A stretch of 60,000 nt of DNA from Lama guanicoe (Eukaryota), in contig MU053379.1 of assembly GCA_013239625.1 (NCBI GenBank), positions 4,485,229 through 4,545,228 of the forward strand. Reading direction: 5' to 3'. Each line of letters starts with the position of its first letter. The first letter of the stretch is position 1. This document shows positions 36,247 through 46,620 of this stretch, piece by piece. A program made the translations under genes and the position numbers. Below the pieces are notes generated by a model. That model made no database searches, was not told the DNA's origin, and was given only the letters and a program-made list of their open reading frames with translations.

Positions 36247-36735
36247 CTGCTGCCGCCTGGTTCTCACCTGCCCACCTGCAGTCCCCCCCCACTGCTGCTG
36301 CCCTGTTCTCACCTGCACNNNNNNNNNNNNNNNNNNNNNNNNNNNNNNNNNNNNNNNNNNNNNNNNNNNNNNNNNNNNNNNNNNNNNNNNNNNNNNNNNN
36401 NNNNNNNNNNNNNNNNNNNNNNNNNNNNNNNNNNNNNNNNNNNNNNNNNNNNNNNNNNNNNNNNNNNNNNNNNNNNNNNNNNNNNNNNNNNNNNNNNNNN
36501 NNNNNNNNNNNNNNNNNNNNNNNNNNNNNNNNNNNNNNNNNNNNNNNNNNNNNNNNNNNNNNNNNNNNNNNNNNNNNNNNNNNNNNNNNNNNNNNNNNNN
36601 NNNNNNNNNNNNNNNNNNNNNNNNNNNNNNNNNNNNNNNNNNNNNNNNNNNNNNNNNNNNNNNNNNNNNNNNNNNNNNNNNNNNNNNNNNNNNNNNNNNN
36701 NNNNNNNNNNNNNNNNNNCTGCAGTCGCCCCCCCC
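36247..36735 (+). repeat. 45-bp minisatellite spanning a 400-N gap
   Basis: Unit ctgctgccgcctggttctcacctgcccacctgcagtcccccccca (36247-36291) restarts at 36292 and re-emerges after the gap as ctgcagtcgccccccc. Confidence 0.8.
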
Positions 36736-37639
36736 CTGCCTTCCTGTGGTGCCTGTTTCCATGTCCATCATAGACACTGAGAATTCCCTGGGTCCCCCAC
36801 CCTCCAAGACTCGGATTTTTGGACTCTTAGTTTTCGCCACTTTGCCAGCAGTGGAACGGCATCTCTGCTGCGATCTGCCTTCTGCCTCTTCTCCAGGCGG
36901 TGGCCAGCAGAGACCCCACAGCTGTCCTCGCTGTCCCGGGGCCCTTGCACCCGCCTTCCCCTGAGCCTGTGTGCTCTTCCCAGGTGTCCGCACAGCACCT
37001 GCCTCTCATCCTCGTCCTCCCGTCCCACGTACCTCTGCCTTTGGGTCCCAGATAGAGGAGCACAGGGCTTCTCTCCCCAGATCACACGGGAGCCCTCCTG
37101 GGGGCAGCGTGGCCTCGTGTCTGCCCAGCAGCACAGCGGTACTTCTGTGCACACGCAGCGCAAGGCCCCCAGCTGCACGGCTGCCGGGGGGGACGAGCCC
37201 CGTGGCCCAGGGACCATGACGCTAAGTGTGTGTAGAACCAGGCGGGTCTGTGCCGACAGGGACCGTAAACACAGGGCACGGGACTCACTCGAGAATCGCA
37301 GAGAATGACCAGAACCACAGTGACGTCTTTCTCTCGGGACACGTGTCCGTGGAAGTTGGAATTCTGGTGTTTTGAGTCTTCATTTGGCTGAACTTGGCAT
37401 TGACTGTTTCAGCTGTGTGTCGTTGTTTACAGCTTTCAGAAAGCAAGACTCTCCTTTTCTGTGAAATTGTTCGGGGTGAGGCGAGAGCCAAGCGACCTGA
37501 AGGTGTGGACCTCCCGCATCTGGGGGTCGCAGGCTGGGGGTACTCAGGATGGGCAGCCGTGCAGGGCGGAGGGCTGAGCCGTCTCATCACAAGGAAGGTC
37601 AGCCCCGCCCCTCTCGCTGCCCACCCTCACTCCCCTCAG

Positions 37640-37950
37640 CTCCAAGGCCGTCAGGTCAGCATGCCCACACTTCCTCCCCCACCCCGTCCCAGTCCCAACC
37701 TCAGTGCTGCCAGATTTCTGCAGAATCCCCCAGGCCCCTGCCAGTCTCCCCCAGAGACCAGAAAGACCTTAAACACGAGTGGGAATGTGACCCCTTCCTT
37801 AAAACTCGAGGTGAATCATCCTCTGTCCCTCTCAAAGCCTCTGCATGTGCCGTCTCCAACCCAGGACCCACCCCCGCCCCATGGTGTCCAGCCCAGAACT
37901 GGCACCAAGACGGCCCCGCGGGAGGGAGGGTGGCGACTCCTTGTCTGAGC
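37640..37950 (+). mobile_element. Degenerate L2 LINE fragment
   Basis: ccagaaagaccttaaacacgagtgggaatgtgaccccttccttaaaact...ctcaaagcctctgcatgtgccgtctcc matches L2 gccagagtgatctttttaaaa...catgtcactcccctgcttaaaacc...ctcagggcctttgcacatgctgttcc. Confidence 0.65.
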
Positions 37951-39859
37951 GCCTTTGGTCACTGATGGCATGAATCTGCGGGGCGTCCCCCTTGCTGGCC
38001 GGCCCCTCAGTGGTCTCAGGTCGTGGGCAGATGCTCCCAGTCCCCGCTCTCTAGGGCTGCCCCTCTCTGTCCTGCCCCCATGTGTGTCTGCTGGCCCCTG
38101 TCCTGCCCCCCATCCCGCCTCCTTGCCCAGGTCACAGACGACATCACCAGACTGAAGCAGGCCACGGGTCAGCCAGGCAGTGCCTTGCCTTTAAGGAGAC
38201 CCAGCGGCCTCTGCCCAAATCCTAACGGCTGTTGGATTCATCAAACACAAGACAGTGGAATTTGCCCAGCGGTGTGTCACGGAGAACTTCTAAATCCAGC
38301 GACATTAACAGTAGCACATGCTGAGAGCTGGGGCTCGACCCCACTCCCCAGTCGAGACGGGGACCCTGGGCCACATCCCCAGCTCCGTGCTCGTGTGCCC
38401 TTGGGTTTGGGCCATGCTCACTAAGAGTGGGAGGAGAGGAGTGCTTTCTAGATGAACGAAGGAAGCTGCGTATCCCTCAGGTGCCCACGGGGAGGAGAGG
38501 GGACCAGTGGAGGGGGACCAGTGCGGGCGGGGTGCGGGGGTGCTTCTGTGTGACAGAATCCCCACGGTGCCCAGAGCCCTTGGCGGGAGGGGCAGGGCTC
38601 CGCACGTGGCCAGCGCCTGAAGGCATGTGCTGGGGTCACTCGCGGGGCTGCCTCGTGGCTGTGGCTGGGTCGACTTCTCCCCGAGGGGTCTAGGTGGGGC
38701 CGCCTTTAAACCATCATGCCCTGCCTCCTGCCTCTCCTCCAGCCCCGGGCAGCTTGGCTGTTGTTTGCAAAATCAGTCCCAGGGTCAGGACCTTGAACTT
38801 GGGCTGGAATCTGGGGCTCCACCTTTTGGCAGGGCACCATGGAAGTGGCCTTTGGTCCACCCAACGGACGTTCTGCCTCCGAGCCTGTGTTTTCAGAAGG
38901 ATCTGCTGACTCGGCGATGGCCCTCTCCCGGCCGACAGCGGCTGGGTGTGCACCAGAAACTCTTTCTGGTCGCATTTACCGTGACCCACACACGTCGTTT
39001 TCCCCAATTTGCTCTAAAGCTTCTGAGAAACATTTTCCCTCCACAGTCTGCACATCAAAAGGTCTTACTCCTCAGCCGCTGGAACCACGGGCTTCTCGGG
39101 GACCGCCAGCCCGGCTCCCGTTGCAGACAGATCCACAGTGGCCCACTTAGTGTGAACGCCAGTCTGACCAGACACCCCGAGCAGGGCTCGGGCTTCAGTA
39201 AGGCTGCCGGACCCCGGAAACAGAAGCAGGAGTCTTGTCCGGGGACCCATGCGTCTGACACGGCCTTGGGCGTGAACCCCCAAGGGACTCGGGTTTCAAG
39301 TCACAATACTGACAGTTTGGTCGAGACCCCGAAACAACCTGTCCTTTGATCACTGCTTTAGTGACGGTTTCTGTCCGCGGGGAGCCTGGAGTCCAGGAGG
39401 CCTGGGCGTCCCCCAGTCCCGGCCGGTGAAGCCAGAGCAGAGGCTCCGGCCTCCGCTCCCCGCCGGACGGTGTGGATGCGACTCCGCCTGGTGGACGGTT
39501 CAGATTCTGAGGGTGCGGAGCTGGGTCCGGGGGCCTCACTCCACTCAGGAGCCCCACAGGCACGTGGTGCCCCCAGGCCCCAGGCTCGTGGTGAGGGGGT
39601 GACGGGGAGGCTCCGACCTCGGAGGAGACAGGCTCCTCTGGGCTGGGACACAGGGTCTGAGCCCCCTCCCGGGCCTGGCCCCGGCCCCTTCCTTACGGCC
39701 CTCCTCCAGGTCCGCTCAGGCCGCTGCCGCGAAGGCTCACGGGACCTGGAGGTCAGCACAGGATGCTCCCGACCCCGGGAACGGCATCTTCAAAAAATAC
39801 ATTACAGAGAAAATCGACGTTTTCATAGCAAATTTAGCAAATGACGAGAAGGGAAACCA

Positions 39860-40880
39860 AAAACCCTGCGATTATCTGTGACCCCCCTTCACACCACTCA
39901 CGTTCTGATGTTTCTCTCTGGTATGTGTCACACATACGCCTGTGCATCACGTTTTTTCCAAACACAAGTTTATTCTGTAATCTCTTTTTCTCATCTAGAA
40001 ATTTATTTTTTAAGTCAGCACCTGAACGCATTACAAAAGAGTCAAGCGATTTGAAAATAAAGAGTCCCTCCCCGGCCCCCGCAGCCTGGGCCCCTGCCCG
40101 GTGACCGCGGGGCCGGGAGCCCCTCCCCAAGCCCTACTCCGCTGCTCTGGCGAGGACGCGGCGCGGCGGGGCTGAGCCCAAGGGCCTCGCGGTCTTCGCT
40201 GTAATGAAGGCGTTCAGTGGTTCTCGAAAGAGTTGTTTGGATTTGTTCTCCCAAATTGGAACAGCTGTTTTCCCACGCCTGCTGACACCTGCGATCCTTC
40301 TGCGTCTCAGCGTCTGCCAGCCCGTAGGCGAGTTATCTCCCGGTTGTTTTAGTTTGATTTCCCTGAAGGGCGGCAATGTTTACGTTGGCTGGGGAGCGTC
40401 CCCTGCCGTGAACAACCTGGTCACATCCTGGCGTCTATGCCGTTAGCCTTTTAAAATGGTTTTGGAACTTCCTTCTACGCCTGGTATTCAATTTCCATGC
40501 GATCTGTGTGTATATACGGCGTTTTTCTCCCGGGCTTTGCACTTCTTAAAACTTCGCTTATGATGCCTTTCTTCATTGGTTTTTAAAGTTATTTTTATGT
40601 CACCCAAACTTTCAATTTCCTGTAATAACTTTGAGAATTCTGCCTTATTACATGAATGTTATATGCATACCAACTATAAGTTGGTTTTTATATTTACTTC
40701 TTTCTCAAAAATATATTCCACAAATGCGCATTAAAAGAGGGTTCTGCCTTCGTCCCAACGGCGTATCCGAGCGTAGTAGTTGAATCCCAAGCGTCGTTAC
40801 TGAACGAAGTAGAAGTGCTCACGTATCTGAAAGGCTGCGTCCCCACGTGAGGTTACGATTAGTGCACTTTGTGCTAAAAT
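39860..40880 (-). mobile_element. Fragmented antisense L1M remnants
   Basis: gttatctcccggttgttttagtttgatttccctga...gtgaacaacctggtcacatcctggc matches L1 antisense ggtatctcattgtggttttaatttgcatttccctga...gagaagtgtctgttcaagtcctttgc; AT-rich continuation. Confidence 0.65.
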
Positions 40881-40887
40881 CACGTTC

Positions 40888-40998
40888 TTTTTTGGGGGGT
40901 GGTAATCAGGTTTTTATTCAGATGGAGGTCTTGGGGGTTGAACTCGGGACCTCGTGCATGCGAGCCACGGACTCTGCCACTGAGCTGCACCCTCCCCC
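40888..40998 (-). mobile_element. tRNA-Ala-derived camelid SINE, antisense
   Basis: Reverse complement ggggagggtgcagctcagtggcagagtccgtggctcgcatgcacgaggtcccgagttcaaccccc; TSD taaaatcacgttc / taaaaccaccgttc. Confidence 0.88.
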
Positions 40999-41263
40999 TT
41001 AAAACCACCGTTCATTTGCTGTGTTTTCTTGAGTGTCGTTTCCACGTGTTGCGTCCAGGGCCTGACCCTTGTGGTGCTGCCCTGACGCCCGTGGACTAGA
41101 GGCTCCTCCCTCTGCCTTGAGAAGGTTCTGATGGTCAAAGTGGGTCAGACAAGCAAGCGCTAACCCCAGGCGGCTCCTTCTGACTCCGCAGACCTGGGGG
41201 GCTTCTCTTTGTGACCTGGGACGTCCTTTTAGACCACCAAGGACGTTCGAAAAGGCACGCGCC

Positions 41264-41411
41264 GGGGAGGGCAGAGCTCAGCGGCAGAGCACATGCTTAG
41301 CACACATGAGGTCCTGGGCTCAATCCCCAGCACCTCCTCCCACAAAAGAAAAAAAAAGATAAAAAAAAATAAAGGAATTTTAAAAAGAAATTTCTTTATA
41401 ATAAAAAAAAA
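41264..41411 (+). mobile_element. tRNA-Ala-derived camelid SINE
   Basis: ggggagggcagagctcagcggcagagcacatgcttagcacacatgaggtcctgggctcaatccccagcacctcc plus a long A-rich tail. Confidence 0.9.
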
Positions 41412-42469
41412 CTTTCTAAAGGTCATAGGGCTCTGTGTCTGGCTTGTCCTGGCCATTCCTCGGTCACCTGGTCAGTGAGGGACCCCCACCCTGAGGGCGA
41501 GGTGGGCATGCAGACACGTCACCTGAGTCCATCTTCACAGTGTGTGCGGTGTGAGGACGTTACGGAAGCGTTAAGTCCCACGTCACGGGCGGATCTCTGA
41601 CAATCTGGTCACCGTCTAGCAGCACGTGCCCGGGGCGCCTTCCGGCCGGAGGGAAGGGGCATGTGTCTGCTTGGGCACAGCTGTGAAATCGAGGGTGCAG
41701 CTTTGGGAAGGCGTCTGGGAGAGGGCGTCCAGGAACGTGAACAGGTGTGTGCAGGGGGCTCACAGCGAGGGAGACGTGATCTGGAATAGTCAAAACCCTC
41801 ACTGAGGAGGCGTTCTTTGCGACTCCACCCCCAGCTGCAGTCCGTGGGGAGACTCAGCTGGTCTATGTGTCTCCAGCTAAATTTCATCGTCTGCAAACGA
41901 AATGCTACATTGGCAAAGGAGCCTTGCTTTTTGCCATAAATAGATGTCTGAAAATTTGCTAAATAAATCCTATTCTGAATGCCCGAAGAAAGCTTGCTGT
42001 TTAAAAGTCCCATCCCATAAAAAGCTCACATGGTGTTCGGATGAGGCTGTCGCCCTGTAACTGGGAATAAAAGGTCCGTTATCAGAATCAGTACCACTTG
42101 GGTCTCAGCGAACTAAGAAGGTGGGTCAACACAACCTGCCGGCTTTAACAGGAGCTCCGCTGTGCGTGAAGGTGGGCGTGGAGCAGCAGGAACACGCCGC
42201 TCAGAGAGGAGCAAGTGCACGAGGCGGAGGCAGGGGGCCGGACCTGGGTCAGAATGGAGAGGCTCTTCTCTGGGGATGAGATGCTATTGATACGCTGGGG
42301 CGGGGACAGTTAGGAGCAACCGGGGGCCTGAGGGAGCAGCGTGATGAGCAGTGTGACGAAGAGCTGGAGGAGCTGGACAGGCCAGGATGGGAGGGCTCAC
42401 GTCGGGGCAGGGAGCTCGGCGTCCACGGGGGTTGAAGCAGAGATGCCAGCAGGAAGGTTCCAGCACGGC

Positions 42470-42570
42470 CTGAGTGGATGGGCTGGTCAGTGTCTTCTGG
42501 TGGTGCTTAGCAGTGGTGAGTTCCCTGTCCTCGGAGGCATTCAAGCACCCAATGAACATCAGTTAGCAAA
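42470..42570 (+). mobile_element. CR1/L3-like ancient LINE fragment
   Basis: gtggtgagttccctgtcctcggaggcattcaagca resembles CR1/L3 gtgagctccctgtcactggaggtattcaagca. Confidence 0.5.
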
Positions 42571-43677
42571 AGTCCCAGCTTAGAGGGTCAGCATTTTCCC
42601 AAACCTCTCTGCAGACTCTGTGTGGCTCCCCTGAGAAACTTCTCAACAGGACACAACACCAAGCCCCATCACAGAAATGCTGATGCGTGGTTTGGGGGGA
42701 AAAAGCCAGTGGTGCTGGTAAATGTTAAAAAAGAGCTCTCCCGGAAACAAAAAAATCCTGATCTGCAGTGTAAACACTCCTGCCGTGCCCAGTTCCCGGC
42801 TCCCGGGGTGGTGTCCGGGCTGCGGGGGGGGGGAGTCCTGGCAAAGACGGACTTTGGAGGAGCGTCACCACGCCCAGCCTCCCCCTGCCCCCCCCCACCT
42901 CCCAGCCCCACCCTGGAGCTGCGGGGAGCTCATCTTCCCGGTGGGGAGACAGGGAAACCCCACCCCTCCGCCGTCCGTGAGCGCTGCGTGCCGGGGGTGA
43001 GAGGCGCGTCTCCCAGGAGACCGGAGCCAGGGGGTGCAACTTAAAGTAGGGACACAGGACAGATGTGCAGACACCTCCCCGGGGCAGGGGGCTCGGTCCC
43101 CTGCGCCCCTTTGAGGGTGAGGGGCTCCGGTGGGAGGGAGCCCTGAGGGCCTGGCAGATGCCACCTCCGCCAACGTGTCGGGGTGTCATGTGCCCCAAGT
43201 TCTGATAAGAGAAGGCCCTAAACTGCACTGTGCTCCCCAAAATGCAGTCCTGAGAAAACATCAGAGAAGCCGGACTGGGGCGTTCTACAGAATTCAGAGT
43301 AGAATCGGGGGCCCTCAGATGTTAAATCCCGGGCGCTGGCAGCCTGGCTCCCACCAGCCTGGGGCCGGGGTCCCTCAGGGGACAGGCTCACAGGCTCCGA
43401 GGCCGCTTCCACTGGCCGGGCCTCGCCCGCCGCCTGTCTGACAGGGTGGCACCCGGCGGCTCTGCCCCTCCGGGGCCGTGCGCCCCGCTCACACGGAGCC
43501 CCTGGTGCCCGAGTCCAGGAAGCGCCCCCCCCCGCCAGCCCCACAGGAGGGGCAGCCGGGGCGGCGGCCGGCGTGACGGAAACGCGCCCCAACGCAGGTG
43601 TCGTGGGAAGGAAGGTTTCCGGCTGCTGCGACCCGACGGGGCTGCGGCCTGACAGGTCATCTCCAGAGACTGCTGAG

Positions 43678-44376
43678 TGCGGGACTTCGCTTCCCGGGGC
43701 TGCCGTGAGAAAGCACCGTGCATGGAAGTAGACAGGGTTAAAGCAACAGAAAATCCTCCTCTCCAAGTCCTGGGGCCACAAGTCGAAACCCAGGTGTGGC
43801 GGGGCCATGCTTCCTCCACACCCTGTCCCGAGGCTCCTGGGAGGGGCCTTCCTGCCTCTTCCAGCCCCTTCCAGCCCCGGCTGCTCCTGCACCTGACGGA
43901 GCACCACTCTAACCTCTGCCCCATCCCCGCACAGCCTCCTCCTCTCTGCGCGTCTGTCTCCGTGTCTCGTCTCGAGAGGACACCAGTCACCCCATGGGCA
44001 CCAAGGGGAAGGGTGGGAGGGATAAATCAGGAGTTTGGGATCAGCAGACACACACACCTTATATAAAACAGATAAGCAACAAGGACCTACTGCAGAGGAC
44101 AGGGAACTGCATTCAATACCACGTAGAAAACTAGAATGAAAAAGAATGCATGTGTGTACGTATGACTGGATCACTACGCTGCACGCCAGAAACGAAGACA
44201 ACACTGTGAATCAACTCTCCCGCAACTACAAAGAGCCTGCCCTGCCCCGGGTGACCCGTCTTCACCCGCTACGCCTGCAGTGACGCTGAGACGGGACCTT
44301 CTTCTTCGGTCACAGTCGGAGGGTCTGAGCTTCTGGGTGGACGTGAACAAGGAGGGGTGCTCTCCGGCCCAGGACA
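43678..44376 (-). mobile_element. MLT1 (MaLR) solo LTR interrupted by an L1 3' end
   Basis: cttcccggggctgccgtgagaaagcacc...ggttaaagcaacagaaaatcctcctctccaagtcctgg...gaggacaccagtca | L1 | gtgacccgtcttcacccgctacgcctgcagtgac...cccaggaca is colinear with antisense MLT1. Confidence 0.8.
43991..44232 (+). mobile_element. Artiodactyl-type L1 3' end nested in MLT1
   Basis: gggagggataaatcaggagtttgggatcagcagacacacacaccttatataaaacagataagcaacaaggacctactgcagaggacagggaac...ccagaaacgaagacaacactgtgaatcaact. Confidence 0.9.
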
Positions 44377-44489
44377 GCAGGGAGCTCAGTCCGACGTGGA
44401 GGCAGTCCACACGAGGCCACACAGGGCACAGTAGGGGCTGACACTCCAGTGGGAGGGGACCGAGGTGTCCCAGCTCAAAGGGAAACAGT

Positions 44490-44615
44490 GGGGACCCCAG
44501 ATCTGACGCCCAGATTCCCACCCAGGTCCTGCCACTGGGCAACTGTGTGACTCTGTCAACACTGCTGAATCCCGCCAAGCCTCAGCTGCCTCACCTTCAA
44601 ACAGAGACACCACTT
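44490..44615 (+). mobile_element. MIR SINE core
   Basis: ctgccactgggcaactgtgtgactctgtcaacactgctgaatcccgccaagcctcagctgcctcaccttcaaa matches the MIR core ctgccacttactagctgtgtgaccttgggcaagttacttaacctctctgtgcctcagtttcctcatctgtaaa. Confidence 0.7.
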
Positions 44616-46329
44616 ACAACGCGTAGGGGTGAGCGCTTTGGTGAGCGGCGGTCCCCTCCAGGCCAGCAAAGGAAGGACTGCGGGAGGACACCCGGAGCAC
44701 GCTTCCTCACGCAGGCCATCCCGCTTTGCCATCAGTAACAAGAGCACCTTGGGGAACACAATCCCCAGCACCTCCACTCAACAAAAAATGAAAATTCTCA
44801 GCAGACACCGTGCTCCCCCTTGGCTGTCCCAAAGCCCTGTGGTCCTGAACCGGCCACACTTCCACCCCGGATCTACAGACAAAAATCTGAGTCTTGGAGC
44901 AGCTGCCCAGGGGTCCCACTAAGGGGTGGAGCCGGGACTCACTCCAGCCGTCCATCCGGGCTCAGCACCCCTCAGCCACCCTGTGCTACCCAAGGGGTGG
45001 TTCTCTGCCGCCAGATTTGGTCTGAAGGGGAAACAGCCCTCCTGCCCTGCAGAAGGGTCCCAGCAGCACCTCCCCGCACAGGGGTCACCGCACGGGGTCC
45101 CAAGTTTATCTCCTCTGTCAGCACACACATCTGCATCGGCGGGTGGCAGGCCGGGGGCGGGGGGACCCCTGCCCAGGACCTTGATGCAGTGGGCAAGTGC
45201 AGCACCGGGTCAGCCCAGCGCCATCCCTCCCTGTAAGCAGGGATTGTCGCCCCATCCAACTCCCATACTTTCTTCAGAGGAGAAAGGACCACATAAGACG
45301 GAGGTTGGCCTGAGTTCAATGGAGAGTCCAGCTCTGCTCCTGAGACCCCTCAGGGCCCGACGACCAAAGCTCGAAGCGCCAGGTGGCAGAATCCTATGCA
45401 GTCAGCAGGCCCTGACGCCGCCACCCGGTCCGAGCCCTCGTGTAAGGGGGAGCGCACGGAGCTGGGCGAGCCCAGAGCGGACCCCAGCTGGCCCGTCCAT
45501 CTTTCGGCGCCTTCTGTCGACACAATACTGGGTGTCAACAGAGCCTGGGCGTCTCCCTGACCCCTGTGAAGCCATTGTAACTTCAGAGATGTGGAAAATT
45601 CACTTGCAAGCACAGCATTTTTGACAGTTTGGGAATTGCACTGGGAAGTGACTCAACTTCCTCCAGGACCCAGGCGGTCACAGCACAAAGGTGACAACTC
45701 CATCTGCCAGGACTGGGGCAGCCGGCCAGCTGCACCACAGACACACGCCCGCGGAGCCGCTCGGCGGAGGAAGCCAAGAAACGGCCCGGGGATGAAGGCT
45801 TCCAGACCAAGGGCGCGCTCCGTCCAGGAGCCCAGCACGGGGGAGGGGCACAGAGCCCGGCCAGAGCCCCCGCGCCCCGGGGAGACCTGGCCAAGGCTCA
45901 CCCAGAAGGCAGGGCCGCGGGCGCCCGCCGGCCCGCCAGCACGCGGGAGGCTGGAGACAGAGAGCAAAGCCTCTCAGCTCTGGAGTAAACCACACCCAAC
46001 CTGGAATTCTGCTTTTTCAAATTTTTAAAATTTAGACTGTTACAGCCAAGCTAGACGCCTACACAGACGATCCACTAACAAGGAGGGGAGAACACAGACA
46101 TTTCAGACAGGCGAGACCTCAGAGGCTCCCTTTCCTTCTCCTTTTCTCAAGAAGCCTTTGGAGTCTGTCGCTTCACCACATTGAACCCAAGGAGTGGAGA
46201 CGGGAGTCCAGAAGCCAAAGGCCCACACACGGGAGCGGGGCCCATGGATGCGCCCGACCGGGACCGCAGTCGGGGCGGAGGGCTCGGGGCTCCAAGAGTG
46301 GCTCCTTCAAGAGAAAAACTTAAAGGGCA

Positions 46330-46620
46330 TCTAAAGTGGTAGCCAACCCGCAGTGCCTTCAGACAACGGAGTGTGAGTCGGCGGTAAAGGGAAATGCGCT
46401 CTCAGGCCTCAAAATTCATGCAGGGACCTTGAATGCGTGTTTCTAAGTGAAAGAAGCCAGTCTGAAAAGGCCACTGTGGTTTCAACTACATGACACTCTG
46501 GACAAGCCAGACCTGCAGGAACGGGGGAGGTCAGGGACTGCGGGGGGTGGGGAGGGGCTGGCACACAGAGCACAGAGGACTTCAGAGCAGAGACGCGAGG
46601 TTACTGAGACGCGGACTGGG
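46330..46620 (+). mobile_element. L1MC-type 3' UTR fragment
   Basis: gaccttgaatgcgtgtttctaagtgaaagaagccagtctgaaaaggccac...actacatgacactctggacaagcc...cagagcacagaggacttcagagcag matches L1MC1-like consensus. Confidence 0.85.
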
